A DNA stretch of 64,000 bases from Myxococcota bacterium (lineage in GTDB: Bacteria; Myxococcota_A; UBA796; SXON01). The notes below the pieces were generated by a model, which was given only the letters and a program-made list of their open reading frames with translations, made no database searches and was not told where the DNA came from. Each line of letters begins with the position of its first letter. Position 1 is the first letter of the stretch. Positions 9,858 to 21,467 of this stretch are shown piece after piece. The stretch lies in NCBI GenBank assembly GCA_040386535.1, contig JAZKFH010000009.1, positions 245,551 to 309,550 on the forward strand, in the 5' to 3' direction. The position numbers were made by a program, and so were the translations under genes.

Positions 9858-10948
9858 CGCCCCTCGACCTCGCGCAGGAGCTCGGCCTGGAAGAAGCTCG
9901 TGACGCCGGTGATGAGCTCGTCCATCTCGCCGCTCACGATCTGCTCGAGCTTGTAGAGGGTGAAGGTGTTGCCCTCGCCCGTGGTCACGCGGTGATCGGT
10001 GACGCGGTTCTGCGGGTAGTTGTACGTGCGGATGCGCTCGCTGCGATCGCCGCTGCCGACCTGGGCCTTGCGGTCGGCGGCCTCGAGGGCGTGCTGCTCG
10101 TCCTCCTGCTTCTGGAGCAGGCGCGCCGAGAGCACCTTCATCGCCTTGGCCTTGTTCTTGGTCTGGGACTTCTCGTCCTGGCAGATGACGACGAGCCCGG
10201 AGGGGATGTGCGTGATGCGGACGGCCGAGTCGGTCGTGTTGACGCTCTGGCCGCCCGGGCCGCCGGCGCGGAACACGTCGATGCGCAGGTCCTTGTCGAC
10301 GATCTTGACCTCGACCTCGTCGGGCTCGGGCATGACCGCGATGGTGGCGGCGGAGGTGTGGATGCGGCCCTGCGACTCGGTGGCGGGCACGCGCTGCACG
10401 CGGTGGACGCCGGCCTCGTACTTTAGGTGGGAGTAGGCGTTGTCCCCGCTGATCTGGGACACGATCTCCTTGTAGCCCTGCTGCGCGCCGTTCACGGTGA
10501 TCTCGGAGGCGGACATGACCTCGAGCTTCCAGCCGTTCTTCTCGACGTAACGCGCGTACATTCGGAACAGGTCACCGGCGAACAGCGCCGCCTCGTCCCC
10601 GCCGGTGCCGGCGCGGATCTCGAGGAGGATGTTGCGGCCCTCGTAGGGGTCCTTCGGGAGCAGCTGCAGGCGGAGCTGCTGCTCGATGATGGGGAGGCGC
10701 GCGTTGATGCGCTCGTTGTCGGCCTGCGCCATCTCCCGCATGTCGGGATCGGCCAGGAGCTCGGCGAGCTCGGCGCGTTCGGCCTCGAGCGCGCGGATCT
10801 CCCGCGCGAGCTCGACCATGCGGCCGACCTCGGCGTGCTCGCGCGTGACCTTGCGGTACTTGTCCCGCATGCCCGCGATCGCGGGGTCCATCAGCTGGCG
10901 TTCCAGCTCGGCGTGGCGGGCTTCGATGTCGTCGAGACGGAGGAACAT
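9854..10948 (-). CDS. prfA: peptide chain release factor 1
   Basis: PAT anticodon motif (RVPATE), [23 protein letters not shown]. Confidence 0.97.
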   Translation of the reverse strand: MFLRLDDIEARHAELERQLMDPAIAGMRDKYRKVTREHAEVGRMVELAREIRALEAERAELAELLADPDMREMAQADNERINARLPIIEQQLRLQLLPKDPYEGRNILLEIRAGTGGDEAALFAGDLFRMYARYVEKNGWKLEVMSASEITVNGAQQGYKEIVSQISGDNAYSHLKYEAGVHRVQRVPATESQGRIHTSAATIAVMPEPDEVEVKIVDKDLRIDVFRAGGPGGQSVNTTDSAVRITHIPSGLVVICQDEKSQTKNKAKAMKVLSARLLQKQEDEQHALEAADRKAQVGSGDRSERIRTYNYPQNRVTDHRVTTGEGNTFTLYKLEQIVSGEMDELITGVTSFFQAELLREVEGR

Positions 10949-11145
10949 GGCGAGGTCCTGGCAATGTGCGCGCCCGTACGGGACGGGGCGCACGCGGGGG
11001 CGTACGTGGCCTCCCGCGAGCGAGCAGGTGCGGCCGGAGGGGTGACCCGAGGGGTACCCGAGACGCGCACGACAGCAGGCGATCCCCCGTCAGTCCCGCG
11101 CGTTCAGCTACGCGGGAGGGACGGTGCGCCACGCTCCCCCACCCG

Positions 11146-11178
11146 GACGGTGGGGTTCACCGAGACGGTGGGGTTCAC
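11146..11178. repeat. direct repeat GACGGTGGGGTTCAC x2 (18-bp period)
   Basis: exact 15-mers at 11146-11160 and 11164-11178 in the rpmE2-prfA spacer. Confidence 0.85.
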
Positions 11179-11212
11179 GCAGCCCGCGGCCACCCGGCGC
11201 GGACCGGCGACG

Positions 11213-11470
11213 CTACTCCTGCGGCGTGGCCGCGAGGTTGTACTTCTTGTTGAACCGCTGCACGCGGCCCTCGGCCTGCAGCGCGCGCTGCTTGCCGGTG
11301 TAGAAGGGGTGGGACGCCGACGAGATGTCGACCGAGACGACGTAGTGAGCGACGCCGTCGATGTCGCGCGTGTTCTTCGACGAGAGCGTGGACCGGGTGA
11401 CGAACTCGGTGTTCGCGCCCGTGTCGACGAAGATCACGTTGTTGAGCTTGGGGTGGATGCTGTCCTTCAT
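11213..11470 (-). CDS. rpmE2: 50S ribosomal protein L31 type B (Cys-free)
   Basis: MKDSIHP, VDISSASHPFYTGKQ, GRVQRFNKKY; 85 aa, no Zn cysteines; GGAG RBS. Confidence 0.95.
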   Translation of the reverse strand: MKDSIHPKLNNVIFVDTGANTEFVTRSTLSSKNTRDIDGVAHYVVSVDISSASHPFYTGKQRALQAEGRVQRFNKKYNLAATPQE

Positions 11471-11522
11471 GAGGTCTCCTGCGGGGGTTCGAGTCTGCGC
11501 TGGGTCCCGCGCGAAAGACGCG

Positions 11523-12689
11523 CTATTCACCCGTTGCCGTGACCTTGTCAAGCAACGGGAGGGCGGCGTCCGCGCTGCCGGCGCGGCGGATGTGGGTCGC
11601 GAGGCGCGCCTCGTCGGCGCCCTGGAGGCGATCGGACCGTAGAGTGCCCGATTCGGCGAGGCCGATCGCCGGCCACACGCCGCGGCGGGCCATCTCGGCG
11701 TCGAGGCGGATCTCGCAGGTGGCGGCGTCCCGAAGGGCGCGGGCCACGTTGCCGTCGGTGTCGGCGGTGGCGAACAGGCTGAAGGATCCGCCCTCCTCGC
11801 ACTCGCGGGCCGCGCCGAACACGCGCCGCACGCGGAGGAGCGCGCCGGCTTCGAGCGTGCCGGCGGCGCCACCCGCGGCGGCCGCGAACCGATCGAGCGA
11901 ATCGAACAGCATCACGACGTCGCGACGGTGCTCCACGAGCCGCTTGGCGCGCTCGATGGCCATCTCCGCGACCTGGACGTGGCGGGTGTCGGGCTCGTCG
12001 AACGTGGTGGCGAGCACGGTGCCGGGGACCGTGCGCTCGGCCTCGGTGACCTCCTCCGGGCGCTCGGCGATGAGGACGACGAACAAGGCCGCGTCGGGGT
12101 GGGCGCGCGAGATCTCGACGGCGAGGCGCTGGAGCAGCGTGGAGCGGCCGGTGCGCGGCGTGCCGACGATGAGGGCGCGCTGGCCGAAGCCGACGGGCGC
12201 GCACGTGTCGAGCAGGCGGAGCGCGGGGTCCTTCAGGTGCAGGCGGCGGCGGGGCCACACGGGCGTGAGGTTCTCGAAGAGCACCTTCTCGCGCGCGGAC
12301 TCGGGCGGATCGCCGTTGACCCGCTCGACCTTGATGAGCGCGAAGTAGCGCTCGTTCTCTTTGGGGGCGCGGACCTGGCCGCCGACGAGATCGCCGGTGC
12401 GCAGGTTGAAGCGCCGGATCTGCGAGGGGGAGACGTAGACGTCGTCCGACCCGGGATGGAAGCTGTACTCGGGCGCGCGGAGGAACCCGAAGCCGTCGGG
12501 GAGGATCTCGAGGACCCCCGAGCCGTCGGACGTGGCGCCCCCGTGCTCCGAGGAGCCGCCTGCACGCAAGATCGCCGCGACGAGGTCCTGCTTCTTCAGG
12601 CTCGACGCGTTCTCGATGTTGCAGGTGCGGGCCGAATGGATCAGCTCGGCGATGGACTGGCTCCGGAGAGAGCCGAGATCGAGCGGCAT
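11523..12689 (-). CDS. rho: transcription termination factor Rho homolog with degenerate ATPase/translocase motifs
   Basis: intact GFGFLR, DVYVSPSQIRRFNLRTGD, ERYFAL, ERPEEVT, RHVQVAEM; Walker A reads GTPRTGRS; Q- and R-loops eroded; 388 aa; upstream of rpmE as in the usual locus. Confidence 0.85.
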   Translation of the reverse strand: MPLDLGSLRSQSIAELIHSARTCNIENASSLKKQDLVAAILRAGGSSEHGGATSDGSGVLEILPDGFGFLRAPEYSFHPGSDDVYVSPSQIRRFNLRTGDLVGGQVRAPKENERYFALIKVERVNGDPPESAREKVLFENLTPVWPRRRLHLKDPALRLLDTCAPVGFGQRALIVGTPRTGRSTLLQRLAVEISRAHPDAALFVVLIAERPEEVTEAERTVPGTVLATTFDEPDTRHVQVAEMAIERAKRLVEHRRDVVMLFDSLDRFAAAAGGAAGTLEAGALLRVRRVFGAARECEEGGSFSLFATADTDGNVARALRDAATCEIRLDAEMARRGVWPAIGLAESGTLRSDRLQGADEARLATHIRRAGSADAALPLLDKVTATGE

Positions 12690-12799
12690 GGGGGATGTGG
12701 GGGTGGCAGGGGGGTGGCCTGCGTCGGCCCGCGGGGGAGTGCGGGGCGCGGAACGGAGGGCCGGGGGGCGGGGGCAGAGCCCGGAGAGGAGAGGCGCCG

Positions 12800-15926
<3,127 letters not shown>

Positions 15927-15973
15927 AGGCGAGATGCCAGAAGCAGCAGGAGCCGGACCCGGAAGCCGGAAGC

Positions 15974-16150
15974 ATCAGGAAGGCAGGAATAGAGGAAGGC
16001 AGGAATAGAGGGAGAAAGAACTGAAAGCAGGACTGGCACCCCTGCCGGAAGCCTGGGCCGGGGGAAGGAGGAGTGGCCGAACTCCGTGCTTCCTTTCCTA
16101 CCTCTTCCGGAGGTTCTCCTCCTGCTTTCCTAACTTCCTGCGTTCCTGAT
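15974..16150. repeat. imperfect inverted repeat built from 8-bp AGGA/TCCT units
   Basis: AGGA at 15977, 15985, 15993, 16001; TCCT at 16120, 16128, 16136, 16144; outer ends ATCAGGAA...TTCCTGAT. Confidence 0.8.
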
Positions 16151-16169
16151 TCGTTCTTCCTCTTCCGCT

Positions 16170-16865
16170 TCAGTGCAGCAGCGTCACGAACCCCGTCACG
16201 CCCGAGCGGAACCCGTAGGTGCCGGAGACCCCCGCGGCGAGGCGCGTGCGGTCGTTCCAGGGGCCGAAGAGCGGCTCGGAGGCCAACATGATGCCTGCCA
16301 CGCCCTCGACGGGGAGACGGGCGGAGAGGGCGAGCGTCGCGTCGCCGTCGAGCACGGTCGCCGGGTTCTTCGACCAGGGGACGACCCCCACGCCGATCCA
16401 GGCCTGGACGCCCTCGTCGGCGCGGCCGCCCCGCAGGGTGGCGCCGGCGTCGACCGCCCAGGCGGAAGCACGCTCGGAGAGGTCGGCGTTGGCGGTGAGC
16501 TGGTGCTCGACGCCCACCCAGGCGTTCACCGCGAGCACGCGGCTCATCGGGATCGTGAAGCGCGCGCCCGCGCCGGCCGCGTACCCCTCGGCGGCGTACA
16601 ACGCGGCGTCCATCGTCTCGGTGACGTAGGCGGCGTGCGCGTAGATGCCGAAGGGCGCGACGAGGGTGACGGCGACCTCACCCCCGACCAGCACGTCCGC
16701 CCGCCACGCGTCACACGCGGTTCCGGTGCACCCGTCCTCGCGGAGCCACGCCCGTTGGCCCCCGGTGTAGGCGGAAACCTCGACCCCGGCCGCCTGGAGC
16801 CCCGAGGGCGCGAGCGGCGCGGCGAGCCCGGAGATGGCGAGCCCGGCGGTGGCGAGGAGCAGCAT
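16170..16865 (-). CDS. hypothetical secreted protein, possible outer-membrane beta-barrel
   Basis: short hydrophobic N-terminus, alternating beta-strand pattern, convergent with the previous gene. Confidence 0.6.
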   Translation of the reverse strand: MLLLATAGLAISGLAAPLAPSGLQAAGVEVSAYTGGQRAWLREDGCTGTACDAWRADVLVGGEVAVTLVAPFGIYAHAAYVTETMDAALYAAEGYAAGAGARFTIPMSRVLAVNAWVGVEHQLTANADLSERASAWAVDAGATLRGGRADEGVQAWIGVGVVPWSKNPATVLDGDATLALSARLPVEGVAGIMLASEPLFGPWNDRTRLAAGVSGTYGFRSGVTGFVTLLH

Positions 16866-16958
16866 GCGCCGCCCTAACCGGCACCCCCGGACCGTGACAG
16901 ACCTTTGCTTGCTCGCGCCCAACCGTGGCGCTACGGTGCGCGCCGCTCGGGGTCCGAC

Positions 16959-19304
16959 TTGTTGCTCCATCTGTTGTTCGCATGCTCCGGCGGTGACACG
17001 AAGATCACGACGGCGCCGGTCCTCGCGGGCCCCCGGCCGGACGTGGTGGTCGTGACGCTCGACACCACCCGGGCCGACCGCTTGGGCGCCTACGGATACG
17101 AGCTCGCGCAGACCGACACGATCGACCGGCTCGCCCGCGAGGGCATCCGCTTCGAGAACGCCTTTTCGCCGCTCCCGCTCACGATCCCCGCGCACGCCAC
17201 GCTGTTCACCGGGCTCCTGCCGTACAACCACCACATCCGGAACAACGGCGACAACGTGCTCGGGGCGGAGTTCACCACCCTGGCCGAGATCCTGCGCAAG
17301 GAAGGCTGGGCCACGGCCGCCAGCGTGGCGGCGTTCGTCACCACCCGGCAGTGGGGGTTCTCCCAGGGTTTCGGTGCGTACTTCGACTCCATGCCCGAGG
17401 GGGAGGGCGGCGCCGAGCGGGATCGCAACTACTGGCACAACGAGCGCTCGGGCGATCTCGTGGTCGACGATGCGCTGAATTGGCTCGCCGGGCAGCCGGT
17501 GGATCAGCCGGTCTTCTTGTGGGTGCACCTGTACGATCCCCACTTCCCCTTCGAGGCGCGGGGGGCGTACGCCGAGACGTTGAAGGATCGGCCCTACGAC
17601 GCGGAGCTCGCGTTCGTGGACGACCAGGTCGCGCGGCTCGTCGAGGCGTTCGACGGGCGCAACGTGCTCTGGGCGCTGATCGGCGACCACGGCGAGTCCC
17701 TCGGCGAACACGACGAGCTCTCCCACGGCCTGTTCGCCTACAACGCCACCCAACACATCCCCTGGATCGTGTCGGGCGCCGGGGTGCCCGCGGGTGTGGT
17801 CGAGGAGCCGGTCAGCTCCGCCGACCTGACGCCCACGCTGCTCAAGATGCTCTCGATCCCGGTCCCCGACGGGCTCGACGGCAAGCCCCAGCCGGGCTCG
17901 CCCGTGACCCCGTACGCCGAGAGCTACATGCTCTCCGACCGGTTTCGCCTCGCGCCGCACCGCGCGGTGGTCGACGGGACGTTGAAGCTCATCGCGACGC
18001 CCCGGCCCGAGCTGTACGATCTCGCCGCAGATCCGAAGGAGACCAACAACCTCGCCGCCAGCCGCCCGGACGACGTGGCACGGCTGATGGCGAAGCTCGA
18101 TGCGATGGGCGCCAAGCCCCCGAGCGCGAAGCAGGCCTCGATGGACGCGGACACGCTCTCCCAGCTCGCGGCCCTCGGCTACATGACGGGCGGCGGCGGG
18201 GACGACGTCGATCCGCTCACGCTGCCCGACCCCAAGGACTTCCAGGCGCTGATCGCCGGCGTGTCGAGCTTCGAGCGGGGCGGAGCGGCGAGCAACCCCG
18301 AGGAGATGCTCAAGAAGGTCGACGAGCTCCTCGTGCTGAAGCCGGACGCCTTCGAGCTGCGCATGCGCCGGCTCCCGCTGCTCGCCAAGCTGGAGCAGCG
18401 TGCCGAGGCCAAGGTGTTCGCGGAGGAGACTGCGGCCATGTTCCCGGGCCGCGCCCGCGTGTGGCTGACGCTCGCGACGATGGCGAAGCAGGAGAGGGAC
18501 TTCGCCCAGTCGCTCGTGTACGCGCGCAAGGCCGTCGAAGCCGAGCCCACCGAGGCGGCCGCACGCGAGGCCGTGGTCGAGGCCCTCTTCGGCCTGGACC
18601 GGGTGGACGAGGCCATCGCCGAGGCCACGGCGGCCATGACCGCCGACGCGAAGAACTACGGCGTCGCGGCCCTGCTCGGCCGGCACCACCTCGCGAACAA
18701 GAACTTCCTCGACGCGGAGAAGTACCTTCGCCTCGCGGTGAGCGGCCCGACCCCTCGCCGCGCGGCACGCGCCCAACTCGCGCTGCTCGCGCTCGGTGCC
18801 GGCGTGCGCGGGGACGCCTACGATCTGCTCGACGCCGAGGTCCGGGACTACCCGGGGAACCAGATGGCACGGCGCTTGTTGTCACGGATGTACGCGGAGG
18901 ACCAACGTTGGTTGGATCAACGTGAGCACGTGGCGTTCCTGGCGCGGGCCAATCCCGACGATCCTATCGCCTTGCGCGCGCTCGCCCAGTGTTTCTTCAA
19001 CCTCGCCGAGTACGCCGCCGCGCGCGCCGCGCTCGACGCCGCGCTCTTCATCGCGCCGGAGGATCCGGACGTGCTGCTCCTGAACGCGAACCTGCTCGCG
19101 AAAGAGGGGAAGCGGGAAGAGGGCATGAAGATGCTCGCCGCCGCCAACACCGCCAACGAGAAGCGGATCGAGGCCCAGCGGATCGCGGCCGCCGCCGCCG
19201 AGAAGACGAAGGGCGCCGCCGAGAAGACGAAGGGCGCCGCCGAGAAGACGAAGTCGCCGAAGGCGCCCGTCGCTGGGACCACATCCGTCAAGGAGCCCAA
19301 GTGA
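16959..19304 (+). CDS. sulfatase-like hydrolase/transferase fused to TPR repeats, lipoprotein
   Basis: TLDTTRADRLG, PLTIPAH, HLYDPH, GDHGE, ELYDL; C-terminal TPRs; TTG start and LFAC lipobox inferred. Confidence 0.85.
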   Translation: MLLHLLFACSGGDTKITTAPVLAGPRPDVVVVTLDTTRADRLGAYGYELAQTDTIDRLAREGIRFENAFSPLPLTIPAHATLFTGLLPYNHHIRNNGDNVLGAEFTTLAEILRKEGWATAASVAAFVTTRQWGFSQGFGAYFDSMPEGEGGAERDRNYWHNERSGDLVVDDALNWLAGQPVDQPVFLWVHLYDPHFPFEARGAYAETLKDRPYDAELAFVDDQVARLVEAFDGRNVLWALIGDHGESLGEHDELSHGLFAYNATQHIPWIVSGAGVPAGVVEEPVSSADLTPTLLKMLSIPVPDGLDGKPQPGSPVTPYAESYMLSDRFRLAPHRAVVDGTLKLIATPRPELYDLAADPKETNNLAASRPDDVARLMAKLDAMGAKPPSAKQASMDADTLSQLAALGYMTGGGGDDVDPLTLPDPKDFQALIAGVSSFERGGAASNPEEMLKKVDELLVLKPDAFELRMRRLPLLAKLEQRAEAKVFAEETAAMFPGRARVWLTLATMAKQERDFAQSLVYARKAVEAEPTEAAAREAVVEALFGLDRVDEAIAEATAAMTADAKNYGVAALLGRHHLANKNFLDAEKYLRLAVSGPTPRRAARAQLALLALGAGVRGDAYDLLDAEVRDYPGNQMARRLLSRMYAEDQRWLDQREHVAFLARANPDDPIALRALAQCFFNLAEYAAARAALDAALFIAPEDPDVLLLNANLLAKEGKREEGMKMLAAANTANEKRIEAQRIAAAAAEKTKGAAEKTKGAAEKTKSPKAPVAGTTSVKEPK
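19194..19253 (+). repeat. 21-bp in-frame tandem repeat (AAEKTKG, about 3 copies)
   Basis: GCCGCCGAGAAGACGAAGGGC repeated near the 3' end of the sulfatase-TPR gene. Confidence 0.9.
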
Positions 19305-20470
19305 GGGGCCTTTCGCGGGCCGGCCTGCTGCTCGGGCTGCTCACGCTGATGGGCAGCAGCCCCCCTGCCGACGCGCCCAAGCGTGGCGGCGGCGGAGAGA
19401 TCAGTGGCAAGCGCAAGCCGGGCCCAGGGCAGCCGCGCGCCCGAAAGGGCGGCCGCGAGGGAAAGGCCGGGGGCAAGGGGGGCGCCGAAGGGGAGGGCGG
19501 AAAGGGGAAGGCCGGCGGGATGCGGGCCGCGCGGGGCAACATGTTCCTGCGCCAAGGCAGCCCGCGCGCCGCGGTCGCGTCGTTCCGCAAGCAGCTCGAA
19601 ACGAGCCCCGACTCCACCGCGCTGCACATCGGGCTCGGCAAGGCGCTCGCGCGCATGGGCCGCTGTGAAGAGGCGCTCGACCATTTGTGGCCCTACGTCG
19701 GCACGCTGCCGTTCGGCGCGGACGCCGCGATCTCCGCGTCCACGTGCTCCAGCCGCATGGGCCTGCTCGACGACGCCATCTACTTCGATCGCATCGCCGT
19801 CGACCTCGATCCCACCAGCGCCCGCGCCCTGACCAACCTGGCGCTCGATCTGTCCACCGCCGGAGACGAAGCCGGGGCCGCCGAGGCGCTCGACGAGCTC
19901 CTGTTCCTCTGGCCGGAGCGCGACGCGTCCAGCTACGCACGCGCGGTGCTCGCCCTCCGCGGCGGGGATCTCGACACGTTCGACCTCGTGGTCGAGGCGT
20001 GGGAGCGCAACGACGGGCCCAGCCTGGACCTGCGCCGCCTCCAGGCCCAGGCCTGGCTCGACATGGACAACCCGCCGGCCGCCATGGCCGCGCTCGAGAA
20101 CGTGCGCCGCATGCGGAACGGCCAGCAGGTGCGCCACATCCGCTCCGAAGCGCTGCGCCGCATGGGCTACACGGCCGAGGCCGCCGGGTTCCTCGAGGAT
20201 CGGCCCCAGAGCGTGCTCGAGGGGGTCGACAGCGACGCCGTGCGCGTCCGCGTGCACAGCGACCAACGCGACTTTGCCGCCGCGCACCTCGTGCTCGACG
20301 GGTACGACGTGATCGACGACCCGGAGCTCATCGCCAGCGCCTGGTACCTCGCGTCCGCCGAGGGCCGCACCGACGCGCTCCCCGCGCTGCAGGCCGACTA
20401 CGAACACACGCGGACGAGCCCGCTGCGGCAGCTCTCGCACCTGTTGCCCTGGACCGCGCGGAAGGACTGA
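19301..20470 (+). CDS. tetratricopeptide repeat protein with Gly/Lys-rich N-terminal segment
   Basis: GTGA overlap with the upstream stop; signal-like N-terminus; TPR helices (LGKALARMGRCEEAL). Confidence 0.75.
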   Translation: MRGLSRAGLLLGLLTLMGSSPPADAPKRGGGGEISGKRKPGPGQPRARKGGREGKAGGKGGAEGEGGKGKAGGMRAARGNMFLRQGSPRAAVASFRKQLETSPDSTALHIGLGKALARMGRCEEALDHLWPYVGTLPFGADAAISASTCSSRMGLLDDAIYFDRIAVDLDPTSARALTNLALDLSTAGDEAGAAEALDELLFLWPERDASSYARAVLALRGGDLDTFDLVVEAWERNDGPSLDLRRLQAQAWLDMDNPPAAMAALENVRRMRNGQQVRHIRSEALRRMGYTAEAAGFLEDRPQSVLEGVDSDAVRVRVHSDQRDFAAAHLVLDGYDVIDDPELIASAWYLASAEGRTDALPALQADYEHTRTSPLRQLSHLLPWTARKD

Positions 20471-20526
20471 TCGGGCTCTGGTCCAGCGCTGCTGGAGCCG
20501 CTGATCGAGAGGTGGTTCGGGAACGA

Positions 20527-20566
20527 GAAAACCCCGCCCGGGCACGAGGCCCGGAGCGGGGTTTTC
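20527..20566. terminator. bidirectional intrinsic terminator
   Basis: GAAAACCCCGC...GCGGGGTTTTC hairpin with A and T tracts between convergent genes. Confidence 0.8.
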
Positions 20567-20619
20567 AGGAGGGTAGGCTCGCCCGGGCCAGTTGGAACCG
20601 GGCGGAGCTGCCGGAACTA

Positions 20620-21279
20620 CTAGAGGTAGTAGAAGTAGTACAGGTAGGACGTGCCGTCCGAGATGGGGCGCGCGAGCGAGGACGAGGTGGCGTCGCCGGT
20701 GACCCAGTCACGACCGCCGTAGTTGAAGGCGAACTGGATCCACTCGCCTTCGTACTGCAGGTGGATGACGTTCTCGAGCGCGAGGGGGGTGCCCTCGTAG
20801 TCGTAGTAGTAAACGTCGGAGAAGCCCCACTCGTAGTCGAACGAGCCGTCGACGTAGCCGTCTTCGAAGAACTGGTCGCAGTAGGGACCGTCGACCGTGG
20901 AGCCGGTCGCGGGGCCGAGGTTGAACGCCCAGTCACACTCGGGGCAGCCGGCGGAGGCCTCCCCTTCGTAGGGCAGGTTGCCCATGACGGTGCAGGCCCA
21001 GTCCTGACCGACGATGCCGTACATGCCGTAGCCGAAGTTCGCGTCGACGTAGCCACCGGCGCCGTCGGTCGTGAAGTCGGCGAGGAAGTAGAACTGCGCG
21101 AGGCCGGTGTCGGCGTCAGCGTCGGTGTCCGTGTCGGTGTCCGCGTCGGTGTCGGCGTCGGTGTCCGTGTCGGTGTCCGCCGGGGGCGCGGTGTCCTCGT
21201 CCTTGTCCTCGGGGCACGCGGTCAGCAGGGCCACGCTGGCGAGCAGCGCGAGCTTGAGGCTCTTGTCGAAAAGGGTCAT
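20620..21279 (-). CDS. acidic Tyr-rich lipoprotein with Asp-Thr/Asp-Ala linker
   Basis: LLTAC lipobox, (DT/DA)n linker, CPEC; GGAG RBS. Confidence 0.8.
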   Translation of the reverse strand: MTLFDKSLKLALLASVALLTACPEDKDEDTAPPADTDTDTDADTDADTDTDTDADADTGLAQFYFLADFTTDGAGGYVDANFGYGMYGIVGQDWACTVMGNLPYEGEASAGCPECDWAFNLGPATGSTVDGPYCDQFFEDGYVDGSFDYEWGFSDVYYYDYEGTPLALENVIHLQYEGEWIQFAFNYGGRDWVTGDATSSSLARPISDGTSYLYYFYYL

Positions 21280-21332
21280 GGCAAACGTCTCCTGGAGATT
21301 CCGGTGCCGGGGGGAGGCCGCGGAGCCCAAGC

Positions 21333-21361
21333 ACATTAGCCCCTCAACTTTTGTCTCGCAA
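21333..21361 (-). promoter_or_regulatory. putative sigma-70-type promoter of the DT-repeat lipoprotein gene
   Basis: TTGCGA-17 bp-TAATGT on the minus strand; CATTAG/CTAATG inverted pair at 21334-21339 and 21365-21370. Confidence 0.45.
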
Positions 21362-21467
21362 GCCCTAATGGGGTCACGAACACCGACACGCCGAGACGAA
21401 CGCGGACACCCGGCCGTCACCTCCTCGTGTCCTTTCGGCGGGATAGGCCGGTCTCCCAGGGAGCACC

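Noticed and set aside
11213..11470. Zinc-free L31 as a sign of a zinc-starvation regulon
   Set aside because: It occupies the housekeeping locus and I saw no Zur-like box; type B L31 as the main copy is common
21106..21180. GTCGGT/GTCCGT hexamer microsatellite
   Set aside because: In-frame coding repeat for the Asp-Thr linker; unit is a multiple of 3, so not an on/off phase-variation switch
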